A stretch of 32,000 nucleotides of DNA from Opitutia bacterium KCR 482. GTDB taxonomy: Bacteria > Verrucomicrobiota > Verrucomicrobiia > Opitutales > Intestinicryptomonadaceae. A program made the translations under genes and the position numbers. Below the pieces are notes generated by a model. That model saw only the letters and a program-made list of their open reading frames with translations. It did no database searches and had not been told where the DNA came from. The stretch spans positions 2,250,001-2,282,000 of the forward strand of contig CP149973.1 in assembly GCA_029269845.2 (NCBI GenBank). The letters are read 5' to 3'. Shown piece by piece: positions 25,206 to 32,000 of the stretch; positions within the stretch are counted from its first letter, which is position 1; the number at the start of each line of letters is the position of its first letter.

Positions 25206-27353
25206 CTACTGGCATCTGCCGAAGCCCTCCGCCTCGACTTTCCAGCCGCGCGGGAATGCGCGGGACGTTTCGGAAAATTCCTCCGCCGACATGCCGTCCC
25301 AGCCGCCCGCAAGCATGGCGACAGCCGCCAGAAAGCCGCCGTTCGACGGGAAATAGGGGCATGGGCCGCCCGTCGCTACGCCGTGTTCGTCGAACTCGAA
25401 GTTTTTGGACGGATAGAGCAGGAAGTCCACCGCGGTGTTTGCGTCGCCCGTACGCGCCGCCGCCATTGCGAGCATGGGGAAATCCCAGCCCCAGACTCTG
25501 TCGAAATTCCAGAGCTTGCGGATTTTTGCGAGCGTCGCCTTAGCGGTTTTTGCGTCCGCGCCGTCGCCGCGCAGCATGCCGAAAACGCCGATTAGCGCGG
25601 GGTGCTCGAAGTTGAATTTCTCCCACATTTTTTCTACGCCTTCGTGGAGGACATAGACCCCGTTTTCGGTCGGCAGGGGCGCGAGCTTTTCGAGAACGTC
25701 GAGCCATTCGCGCGGCTTTTCCTCGCCGAGCCTCTCCTTCCATTTGAGCGCGGTCGCAAGCCCGTAGCGCCAGTAGGAAAGCTCGAAAGTCGGGTTTTTT
25801 GTCTCGAAGGGGTTTGTGTTTTCCGACACGGGCGTAAGCGGCGGGGGAAGCTCGAAGACGCCGCCGTTTTTCCGCGGGTACGACGCCAGAAATTCCGCCG
25901 TTTCGAAAACGGTGTCGCGCCATTTTTCGAGCGTCTCCGCCGACGGGTTCGCCCTGTAAATTTCCTCGGCAAAGTAAATCGGGTGCGGCTGCTGCCAAAT
26001 CAGCGTCGCGTGGATTAGGTGCGGCCACTCGGCGGGAATATTGCCCGTAGCCTTGTTCCACTTCGCGCCCCTGTATCCCTCGCGCTTGGCGCGTTCGCGC
26101 GCCTGCGGCAGGTATTTTTCGAAAACCTCCCACTGCTTTTGCGCAATTTCGCCGCGCCCCCACAGCCCGAAGTGGACGCTGTGCCACCAAATCATTTCGT
26201 AGTGGAATTTTCCGTACCAGCTGTTCGACAGCAGCCCGCTTTCCTGCGACGGCAGCGAGCCTCCCGAATTTATCCGCATGAGGTATTGCGAGAGCACCGC
26301 GCGGCGTTCGATTTCGCGGGCGCGGGGGTCGGCGGTTTTTGAGAGGTCTATTGCCGCGCCCGAAAGCCAGTAGTTTTGCCAGACGCGGCGGCTTTCTGCG
26401 GCTGATTCGGCGAAGCCGAAGCCTCCCTTTGCGAAGCCCGACTTCGAGAAATTTGCGAACACTTCGATTTTCCCCTGCGACGGCGCGAGCGTTAGCTTAT
26501 GCGGGTTTTCGGGATCGACTGACATTTCCGCCTCGCCGTTCCATACCACCGTTATGAAGTGTTTTTGTCCGTCGATTTCGCGCAGTATTTCGGCGCGGTT
26601 TCCTGCGATTTCGGCTTTCGTGCTGTGGAGTTCGGGCTTGTCCCAGCTGCCGACGTAAAGCGGGTAGCCGCTAGCGTTCGGGCGCGGAAATTCGAAAAAC
26701 ACTTTTGCGTTTCCGCTTTCGAACGCCTCCGACGTTATTTCGAAAGCGACGGTGTCGTCGCCCTGTCGGCAGAGCGTTTTTACGGCGAATTTCGCGCCGT
26801 CAAGCTCGAACGAGCTTTCCGCGATTCCGCCGAAGAGGTCGAGCTTCTGCCGCGCGTTTGCGATGTCCGATTCCGCCGCCGCCGAGCCGTCCCGCCGCGT
26901 CAGCGCAAGCCCGATTCTTCCGAGGTTGAACGCCGACGGATTTTGCGCAAGCCACTTTGCCCGCCGCTTTTGCGCATCGGAGAGCTTGAAGTCGGGGAAG
27001 TCGCGCCGCCACTGGGGATATTTTAGCGGCTCCCTGTCCACGGGCAGAAACACGGTTTTGCCTTTGACTTTGAACGGCACTCCCCCGAAATCTTCGCCGC
27101 CGCGCGGTTCGGGCGCGATGTGCCACGCCCAGTGCGCGAGCGTGTTGAACGGAACGAATGTCTGCATGCCCGTGATGTCGAAGTTGTACGCAAATTCGCC
27201 GTTGCCGACCTGCGCCGGCGACTTCGGGTTTGTTTTGGCGGTCTCCACGTTGTGCCGTTCGACCACCGCTCGCCTGTCGATTTTGCCCGCCGCCGCCGTC
27301 GCCGCGAGAACGACTGCCGCCGCCGCAAAAATCCGCTTAATAAATTTATCCAT
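25206..27353 (-). CDS. secreted putative (alpha/alpha)6-barrel (six-hairpin) glycoside hydrolase
   Basis: 715 aa with signal peptide MDKFIKRIFAAAAVVLAATAAAGK. The N-terminal VGNGEFAYNFDITGMQTF and the Trp-rich helical C-terminal half (NSWYGKFHYEMIWWH, IWQQPHPIYF) resemble GH65/GH95-like folds. The CDS call is confident. The family call is tentative. Confidence 0.8.
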   Translation of the reverse strand: MDKFIKRIFAAAAVVLAATAAAGKIDRRAVVERHNVETAKTNPKSPAQVGNGEFAYNFDITGMQTFVPFNTLAHWAWHIAPEPRGGEDFGGVPFKVKGKTVFLPVDREPLKYPQWRRDFPDFKLSDAQKRRAKWLAQNPSAFNLGRIGLALTRRDGSAAAESDIANARQKLDLFGGIAESSFELDGAKFAVKTLCRQGDDTVAFEITSEAFESGNAKVFFEFPRPNASGYPLYVGSWDKPELHSTKAEIAGNRAEILREIDGQKHFITVVWNGEAEMSVDPENPHKLTLAPSQGKIEVFANFSKSGFAKGGFGFAESAAESRRVWQNYWLSGAAIDLSKTADPRAREIERRAVLSQYLMRINSGGSLPSQESGLLSNSWYGKFHYEMIWWHSVHFGLWGRGEIAQKQWEVFEKYLPQARERAKREGYRGAKWNKATGNIPAEWPHLIHATLIWQQPHPIYFAEEIYRANPSAETLEKWRDTVFETAEFLASYPRKNGGVFELPPPLTPVSENTNPFETKNPTFELSYWRYGLATALKWKERLGEEKPREWLDVLEKLAPLPTENGVYVLHEGVEKMWEKFNFEHPALIGVFGMLRGDGADAKTAKATLAKIRKLWNFDRVWGWDFPMLAMAAARTGDANTAVDFLLYPSKNFEFDEHGVATGGPCPYFPSNGGFLAAVAMLAGGWDGMSAEEFSETSRAFPRGWKVEAEGFGRCQ

Positions 27354-27361
27354 TCGCCGAT

Positions 27362-27389
27362 TTTATAAAAATTACACGTCCCCGTTCAA
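27362..27389 (-). promoter_or_regulatory. candidate proximal promoter of the 715-aa hydrolase gene
   Basis: Minus strand reads TTGAAC (27389-27384), 16-nt spacer, TATAAA (27367-27362), then 8 nt (ATCGGCGA) to ATG 27353. There is no SD. Confidence 0.4.
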
Positions 27390-27398
27390 GAACATTAT

Positions 27399-27426
27399 TC
27401 TATAAAAAATGCACGTCTCCGTTCAT
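27399..27426 (-). promoter_or_regulatory. candidate distal (duplicated) promoter copy
   Basis: Minus strand reads ATGAAC (27426-27421), 16-nt spacer, TATAGA (27404-27399). It has the same geometry as the proximal copy but weaker hexamers. Confidence 0.25.
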
Positions 27427-27524
27427 GAACATTAAATTTCGCATTGCAATTTGCTTGAAATTTTTTGCGGTTGGGTTCTTTATAAAAATATCCTCGAACA
27501 AACTACAAACACAGCGTAAAAAAT

Positions 27525-28346
27525 ATGAAAAAATCAATACTTGCAATTCTGTCCATCGCGGCTCTCTCGGCCGCGGCGAATGCCGAAAAGTCCGACAGGG
27601 GAGACCTCTCGGGCGTAAACGCCGCCGACATCAGGGCTCAGAAGCCCGCCGTCGTTGCGCCCGCCCCCGAAGCAACGGCTCCTGCGGTTGTCGTAGCCGA
27701 CAAGCCCGCGTGCGGCAAGTCGTGCCCAGCCGCGCAAAAGGCGGCTTCCAAGAGCTATCTTACGCAGTTCGGCAAAAGCTGGGCGGCAATCGGCGGCGGA
27801 GTCAATATCTATAAAATCGATGGTCGCCAGAAGCTCGGCGCAAACGGCGCGCTCGAACTGAGCATCAACGCCCTCAGCTTCGACGACGACAAATACGGCT
27901 TGAACGTCCTCGTTCCGCTTTCGTTCGACTATATCAGCGTGGACAGCGAAAGCGATGTGTACCGCTTCGCATTCCCTCTCAACCTCCGCCCCTATTACAG
28001 ATTCGACGTTTGCGAAGACGTTGTAATTACGCCTTTCGGCGATTTCGCGGCGGGCGGTTCGTACGCGTATGTCAGCAGCTACGGCGCGGCCAAGAACTTG
28101 GCGTTCCTGTGGTCGCTCGGCGCGGGCGTTGAAATTTCGTTCTGCGAAGTTTTCTCGTTCACGCCCAAGTACACTTGGCTTAACGAAGAGGACGCGGGTT
28201 CTTCATACCGCCAGATTGCCTCCGCCGAATTTGCTTGGAAGTTTGCCGACAACATGGTTGCCGTCGCAGAATACGGCTACTCCTTCTTCCGCGAAGCTTC
28301 CGCCCGCGACCATGCGGTTGTTGTAAAGCTCCGCTACGAGTTCTAA
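27525..28346 (+). CDS. small outer-membrane beta-barrel protein with Pro/Ala-rich N-terminal linker
   Basis: 273 aa with signal peptide MKKSILAILSIAALSAAANA. The C-terminal ~190 aa show alternating hydrophobic/aromatic strand patterns and end in the ...VKLRYEF terminal-Phe OMP signature. Confidence 0.8.
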   Translation: MKKSILAILSIAALSAAANAEKSDRGDLSGVNAADIRAQKPAVVAPAPEATAPAVVVADKPACGKSCPAAQKAASKSYLTQFGKSWAAIGGGVNIYKIDGRQKLGANGALELSINALSFDDDKYGLNVLVPLSFDYISVDSESDVYRFAFPLNLRPYYRFDVCEDVVITPFGDFAAGGSYAYVSSYGAAKNLAFLWSLGAGVEISFCEVFSFTPKYTWLNEEDAGSSYRQIASAEFAWKFADNMVAVAEYGYSFFREASARDHAVVVKLRYEF

Positions 28347-28362
28347 TCGCGCAGTCAGGCGC

Positions 28363-28394
28363 AAAAAAAAGCCGCGTAAAAGCGGCTTTTTTTT
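28363..28394. terminator. bidirectional rho-independent terminator
   Basis: A8 (28363-28370), stem GCCGC (28371-28375) / GCGGC (28382-28386) extendable through A-T pairs, 6-nt loop, T8 (28387-28394). Lies 17 nt after the OMP stop. Confidence 0.8.
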
Positions 28395-28543
28395 GTGCCC
28401 GTTGCGGCGGGAAAAACCGCCGTTGGCGGAGGAGGGAGTAGCGTGAAACAGCTACTGCGGCGGAGGGCGACGTAGCGTCGCGGCGAAAAACTGCCGCCGC
28501 GCAGGAAAGTTCCGCCGTTGCGTTGCGCGGTGTGCGTTTTGCT

Positions 28544-29068
28544 TTATTTTGCGGCGGCGTCCTGCGCCATGAGGTAGAGCAGGTCGGAAAGCCTGTTGAC
28601 GTAGCGCAGGGGGAAGTCTCTCGCAAGACCGTCGGCTTCGGCGAGTTTCACGATTTCGCGCTCGGCGTTTCTGCACCGCGCCCGCGCCATGTCGAGCGAC
28701 GCCTGCAAGCTGTTTTCGCCCGAATGCGTCCAGCCCATGAACGTGTTGCCGCCGCCCTCGTAGGCGTCGATTTGCGCTTCGAGCTCGGCGAGGTCGGAGT
28801 CGCCGAGAGTCTTGATGTTCTTTTCGGCGAGTTTGGGGAAGTCCTCCCTTGCCGTCGCAAGCTCCGTCATCAGGAACACGAGTTTTTCCTGAATGCGCAG
28901 GAGCTTTTTTGCTGTCTCTTCGGGCGCGAACGACCGCGCCAAGCCGATTGTAGCCGAGCAGTCGTCGAGCGCGCCGTATGCGCAGACGTTCGGAGACGCC
29001 TTCGAAACTTCGCGCATGAACACGAGTTTCGTTTTGCCGCCGTCGCCGTTTTTTGTCGAGATTTTCAT
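28544..29068 (-). CDS. ATP:cob(I)alamin adenosyltransferase, PduO-type
   Basis: 174 aa. MKISTKNGDGGKTKL matches the KIYTKTGDxGxT N-terminus. Also present: GALDDCSATIGLAR, LLRIQEKLVFLMTELA and RYVNRLSDLLYL. Starts 1 nt after the argS stop. Confidence 0.9.
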   Translation of the reverse strand: MKISTKNGDGGKTKLVFMREVSKASPNVCAYGALDDCSATIGLARSFAPEETAKKLLRIQEKLVFLMTELATAREDFPKLAEKNIKTLGDSDLAELEAQIDAYEGGGNTFMGWTHSGENSLQASLDMARARCRNAEREIVKLAEADGLARDFPLRYVNRLSDLLYLMAQDAAAK

Positions 29069-29069
29069 T

Positions 29070-30833
29070 TTACATTTTTTCGAGAGGTTCTATGCCCAGA
29101 AGTCGCAGCCCCGCTTCGAGGATTCCGAGAGTTCGCGAACAGAGCACGAGGCGTTTTGCCATCGTGGGCTTGTCGTCCACAATAACCTTGTTCGCGTTGT
29201 AGAACGCCGAGAATACGCCCGCAAGTTCGTAGAGGTAAATGCAGAGGTAATGCGGGCGCAGTTCGGAGAGCGTTTGCTCGAACACCGCGGGCAGCGCCAG
29301 CATTTTGCGGGCGAGGGCGATTTCCTGCTCGGTTTCGAGCGGGGAGGCGTCCTTTTCGAAATCGGCGTCGGGCGACACTCCCACCTTGCGGAAAATGGAG
29401 TGCATTCGCGCCACTGCGTAGAGCAGGTAGGGAGCTGTGTTGCCCTCGAACGCCAGAAGTTTGTCCCACGAGAAAACGTAGTCGCTTGTTCTGTTTTGCA
29501 CGAGGTCGGCGTAGCGGAGCGCGGCGACCCCAACGGTTTCGGCGATTTTGTCGGCTTCGGCTTCGTCGATGTCGGGATTTTTCTCCTTCACAATCGACTT
29601 TGCCCTCGCGACCGATTCGTCCAAAAGCGCGCGCAGGCGGATAGGCTCGCCGCTCTTTGTTTTGATTGCCTTGCCGTCGCTTCCCAAAATCGTGCCGAAC
29701 CAGACGTGGCGCAGGTCGGGCAGTTTGTATCCCTTTGCGCCGAACCATTTCTTGGCGGTGAGGAAGAGCTGCTGGAAGTGGTCCTGCTGTCTGCCGTCGG
29801 TAACGTAGACAACTTCCTCCGCGCCGAAGTGCTCCACTCTGTAAAGAAGCGTCGCCAAGTCTGTCGACGCGTAGTTCGACGCGCCGTCGCTTTTGCGGAT
29901 AATGAAGGGCTGGGTTTTGAATCTGTCGTGGTCGCGCAGGAACACGACGAGCGCGCCCTGGTCTTCCTCGGCGATTCCAGTTTCGGTCAGCTCTTTGTAG
30001 ATTCTGCCGACCTTGTCGCGGTAGAAGGATTCTCCGAGGGTGATGTCGATTGTAAGCCCCATGCGCTTGTACATTCTGTCGAACGCCACGACGCTCACCT
30101 TGTTGATTTCGTTCCAAAGGGCGACGTTTTCGGGGTCTCCGTTTTGAAGCTTCACAAGCTCTTCCCTCGCGGCGTCGGCGGCTTCCTTCGACTCCTTCAC
30201 GAGCGCGCTGCCAAGCTTGTACATATGTTCAAGCTCTTCGAGCGAGTTTTCGTTGGCGGCGTCGAGCTTGTAGTTGTTTGTCTTGATTCCGTAGATGAGA
30301 ATGCCGAAGTTTGTGCCCCAGTCGCCGACGTGGTTGTCGGTAATGATATCCGCGCCGCAGAATTTCAGCAGGCGTTTGACGGCTTCGCCTATGACCATGG
30401 GGCGGAGGTGTCCTACGTGCATTTGTTTTGCGGTGTTCGGCGAGGGGTAGTCTATGACCATTTTCTTGCCGTCGAAAAACTTGCTTGCCGCAGATTTAAG
30501 TTCGGCTTCGCCCCTGTATTTTGCGAGCCACGCGCCGAGGAATTTGGGCGTGAGCGCGAAGTTTACGAACCCCGGCCCCGCAATCGAGACTGCGATGTAC
30601 GATTCGTCGAAGTCGGGCGACGATTTCAGCGTTTCGACGAGCTTTTCAGCCGCCGCCCTCGGATTCTGTTTGCGCGACTTTGCGTAGGGCAAGACGCCGT
30701 TTGCCTGAAAGTCCCCGAATTTGGGGTCTGCGGGGCGAACCTGCGGCTGGAAATCCGCCTCAAAACCCGCCTTTTCGGCGGAGTCTTTCAGCAGTGCTTC
30801 TATTGCTTTTGACGGGTGGAACCAAATATTCAT
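29070..30833 (-). CDS. argS: arginine--tRNA ligase
   Basis: 587 aa with SPNTAKQMHVGHLR (HIGH-type motif), GDWGTNFG, the anticodon-binding C-terminal region APYLLYAVARMHSIFRK, and the typical C-terminal Met (...IEPLEKM). Confidence 0.96.
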   Translation of the reverse strand: MNIWFHPSKAIEALLKDSAEKAGFEADFQPQVRPADPKFGDFQANGVLPYAKSRKQNPRAAAEKLVETLKSSPDFDESYIAVSIAGPGFVNFALTPKFLGAWLAKYRGEAELKSAASKFFDGKKMVIDYPSPNTAKQMHVGHLRPMVIGEAVKRLLKFCGADIITDNHVGDWGTNFGILIYGIKTNNYKLDAANENSLEELEHMYKLGSALVKESKEAADAAREELVKLQNGDPENVALWNEINKVSVVAFDRMYKRMGLTIDITLGESFYRDKVGRIYKELTETGIAEEDQGALVVFLRDHDRFKTQPFIIRKSDGASNYASTDLATLLYRVEHFGAEEVVYVTDGRQQDHFQQLFLTAKKWFGAKGYKLPDLRHVWFGTILGSDGKAIKTKSGEPIRLRALLDESVARAKSIVKEKNPDIDEAEADKIAETVGVAALRYADLVQNRTSDYVFSWDKLLAFEGNTAPYLLYAVARMHSIFRKVGVSPDADFEKDASPLETEQEIALARKMLALPAVFEQTLSELRPHYLCIYLYELAGVFSAFYNANKVIVDDKPTMAKRLVLCSRTLGILEAGLRLLGIEPLEKM

Positions 30834-30836
30834 ATC

Positions 30837-30871
30837 TAAAAAATAAACGCCGCTTCATTCTCGAAACGGCG
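30837..30871 (-). terminator. terminator-like hairpin plus U-tract immediately upstream of the argS start codon
   Basis: Minus strand: CGCCG (30871-30867), one mismatch, then TTC/GAA inner pairs and a 6-nt loop, closing with CGGCG (30852-30848), followed by TTTATTTTTTA (30847-30837). Only GAT separates the tract from ATG 30833. Confidence 0.5.
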
Positions 30872-30881
30872 CGGGGAGTTG

Positions 30882-31403
30882 CTATTTCCTAATTCCCAAA
30901 AACGCCTTGATACGCGCCGACCAGTTCGCCTTTTCCGCCTCCGTAGGCGCGGGGGCGGCGGATTCGTCCCACCACTGGGGGACTTCGGTGTCCAAGCCCG
31001 CGGCGTTGCGGATTGTAAAGACGAGTCTGTTGATTATGCTCTTGTGGTCTTCGTTTACCTTGTCTTTGAAAATTACGTCGAGTTGGTGGATATAGTTTTC
31101 CGCCTGCCTCATGATTGCGGGCACGCTTGTAACCGCGTAGACCGACGGCTCCGCCTTTCTGAACGCCTCTGTTGTGAGTTTTGCCATGATTCTTTTTGCG
31201 AGCATTTTCGAGGCTTCGTTCGGCGTGTCGAATATGAAAGTAAAGCAGATGTAGTCTATGTTCTCGACATTTTGGGGGATTGCCACTTTGCAGAGCCCGT
31301 CGAGTTCGCTCTCGCCCGATTCGCCGATTTTGCAGAAATCGAAAAATGCGAGGAACTTTTCCTGTTGAAGAATTTCCAAAAGTTTGCTGTCTTTATTTTC
31401 CAT
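30882..31403 (-). CDS. hypothetical protein (173 aa), no recognisable family
   Basis: Unique long ORF in this stretch with a balanced amino-acid composition (not a shadow ORF). It is visibly more A/T-rich than neighbouring genes. The C-terminus has an acidic/Pro-Ala stretch followed by a basic tail. Confidence 0.6.
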   Translation of the reverse strand: MENKDSKLLEILQQEKFLAFFDFCKIGESGESELDGLCKVAIPQNVENIDYICFTFIFDTPNEASKMLAKRIMAKLTTEAFRKAEPSVYAVTSVPAIMRQAENYIHQLDVIFKDKVNEDHKSIINRLVFTIRNAAGLDTEVPQWWDESAAPAPTEAEKANWSARIKAFLGIRK

Positions 31404-31427
31404 GGTATTTTTATGCTGAAACTTTTA

Positions 31428-31455
31428 TTGATAAAATAGAAACACAACTTATTTT
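31428..31455 (+). promoter_or_regulatory. candidate sigma70-like promoter for the DUF456 gene
   Basis: TTGATA (31428-31433), 16-nt spacer, TATTTT (31450-31455), then 9 nt to ATG 31465. There is no SD. Confidence 0.25.
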
Positions 31456-31464
31456 CAAGCCTAA

Positions 31465-31974
31465 ATGGAAAACCAAATCTATATTGCGTGCTGGGCGGGC
31501 GTCGTTTACATAATGTTGGCGGTAGGCGCGGTGGGTTCGTTCATTCCCGTCGTTCCGGGGCCGCTCCTTGCGGGGCTTGCGGTTTTATGCTTCAAGATTT
31601 TCGTTCCGTCGGCGGAAATTTCTTGGTGGCTTGCGGGCGCAGCGGTTGCGGTTTCGGTTTTTGCGCAGCTTGTGGACATTTTTGCGTCGTGGATAGGCGC
31701 AAAGAAATTCGGGGCTACGTGGCGCGGCGTTTTCGGCGCGTTTGTCGGCGTGTTTGCGGGCATGCTGATTCCCCCGCCCATGCTTTGGATTTTCATTGCG
31801 CCGCTGTTTTTTGCGCTCGCGTTCGAGCTTTTCGGCGGGGCGTCTTGGCGCGACGCGACGCGCGCGGGCATCGGAGCGTTTCTGGGAACGGTGTTCGCGT
31901 CGGTCTTCAAGTTTTTGAGCGTGGTGTTCCTCGCGCTCTGGTTTTCGCTTGAAATCGGCAGAATATATTTTTAG
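31465..31974 (+). CDS. DUF456-family small membrane protein
   Basis: 169 aa with four hydrophobic segments. The pattern GSFIPVVPGPLLAG...LVDIFASWIGAKKFGATWRG matches what I recall for DUF456. Confidence 0.78.
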   Translation: MENQIYIACWAGVVYIMLAVGAVGSFIPVVPGPLLAGLAVLCFKIFVPSAEISWWLAGAAVAVSVFAQLVDIFASWIGAKKFGATWRGVFGAFVGVFAGMLIPPPMLWIFIAPLFFALAFELFGGASWRDATRAGIGAFLGTVFASVFKFLSVVFLALWFSLEIGRIYF

Positions 31975-32000
31975 CGGGCTTGCCGCGCGGCTATTTTTCG

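Larger units (their letters stand above)
27362..27435. repeat. tandem direct repeat, 2 x 37 bp, each unit containing a GTTC-NN-GAAC inverted repeat
   Basis: Unit 1 is 27362-27398 and unit 2 is 27399-27435. In a hand alignment at offset 37, 31 of 36 positions are identical. The palindromes are GTTCAAGAAC (27384-27393) and GTTCATGAAC (27421-27430). Confidence 0.85.

Noticed and set aside
28893-30812. 639-aa plus-strand ORF antisense to argS
   Set aside because: argS on the minus strand is unambiguous. The antisense translation is Arg/Val/Phe-rich with no motifs.
31975-32000. Possible 3' end of a minus-strand gene (CTA at 31991-31993) at the window edge
   Set aside because: Only about 7 nt of potential coding sequence is visible, which cannot support a call.
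1-32000. Screen for CRISPR arrays, rRNA/tRNA genes, IS elements, integrases, toxin-antitoxin pairs and long dispersed repeats
   Set aside because: No regularly spaced repeats, no tRNA-like T-arm (GGTTCGAATCC-type) in any spacer, and no transposase, integrase or recombinase-like ORFs. The only clear repeat is the 2 x 37-bp tandem at 27362-27435. Manual inspection cannot exclude short dispersed repeats.

Overview
GC-rich chromosomal segment with about 27 protein genes in tightly packed, often start/stop-overlapping operons. Gene content (many signal-peptide glycoside hydrolases, a GT39/ArnT-like transferase, DUF374) suggests a PVC-type Gram-negative such as Lentisphaerota, Kiritimatiellota or Verrucomicrobiota, but that is a guess. 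Left to right: folP(partial)-folB-folK-rsmI-ppx/gppA-like; a secreted nucleoside hydrolase; minus-strand pfkB-like kinase-queA-small membrane protein; glgA-SNF2 helicase-xthA; a large secreted glycoside hydrolase; a CBS-type family II pyrophosphatase followed by an N-terminally truncated HAD hydrolase; DUF374 diverging from GT39 transferase-6TM protein-BtuF-like binding protein-secreted unknown; two large minus-strand glycoside hydrolases diverging from a small beta-barrel OMP; minus-strand unknown-argS-PduO-type adenosyltransferase; and a DUF456 membrane protein. I found no rRNA, tRNA, CRISPR, transposase, integrase or phage genes. Most other ORFs in the track are Arg/Ala/Gly-rich antisense or out-of-frame shadows typical of GC-rich DNA. 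I did not find a convincing novel multi-gene system. The best leads are a tandemly duplicated promoter/operator-like 37-bp module in the A/T-rich hydrolase-OMP spacer, an envelope-modification-like cluster with an orphan binding protein, a decapitated HAD gene, a terminator-like hairpin abutting the argS start codon, and several unknown small proteins. All family calls come from motif recognition by eye, not from searches.
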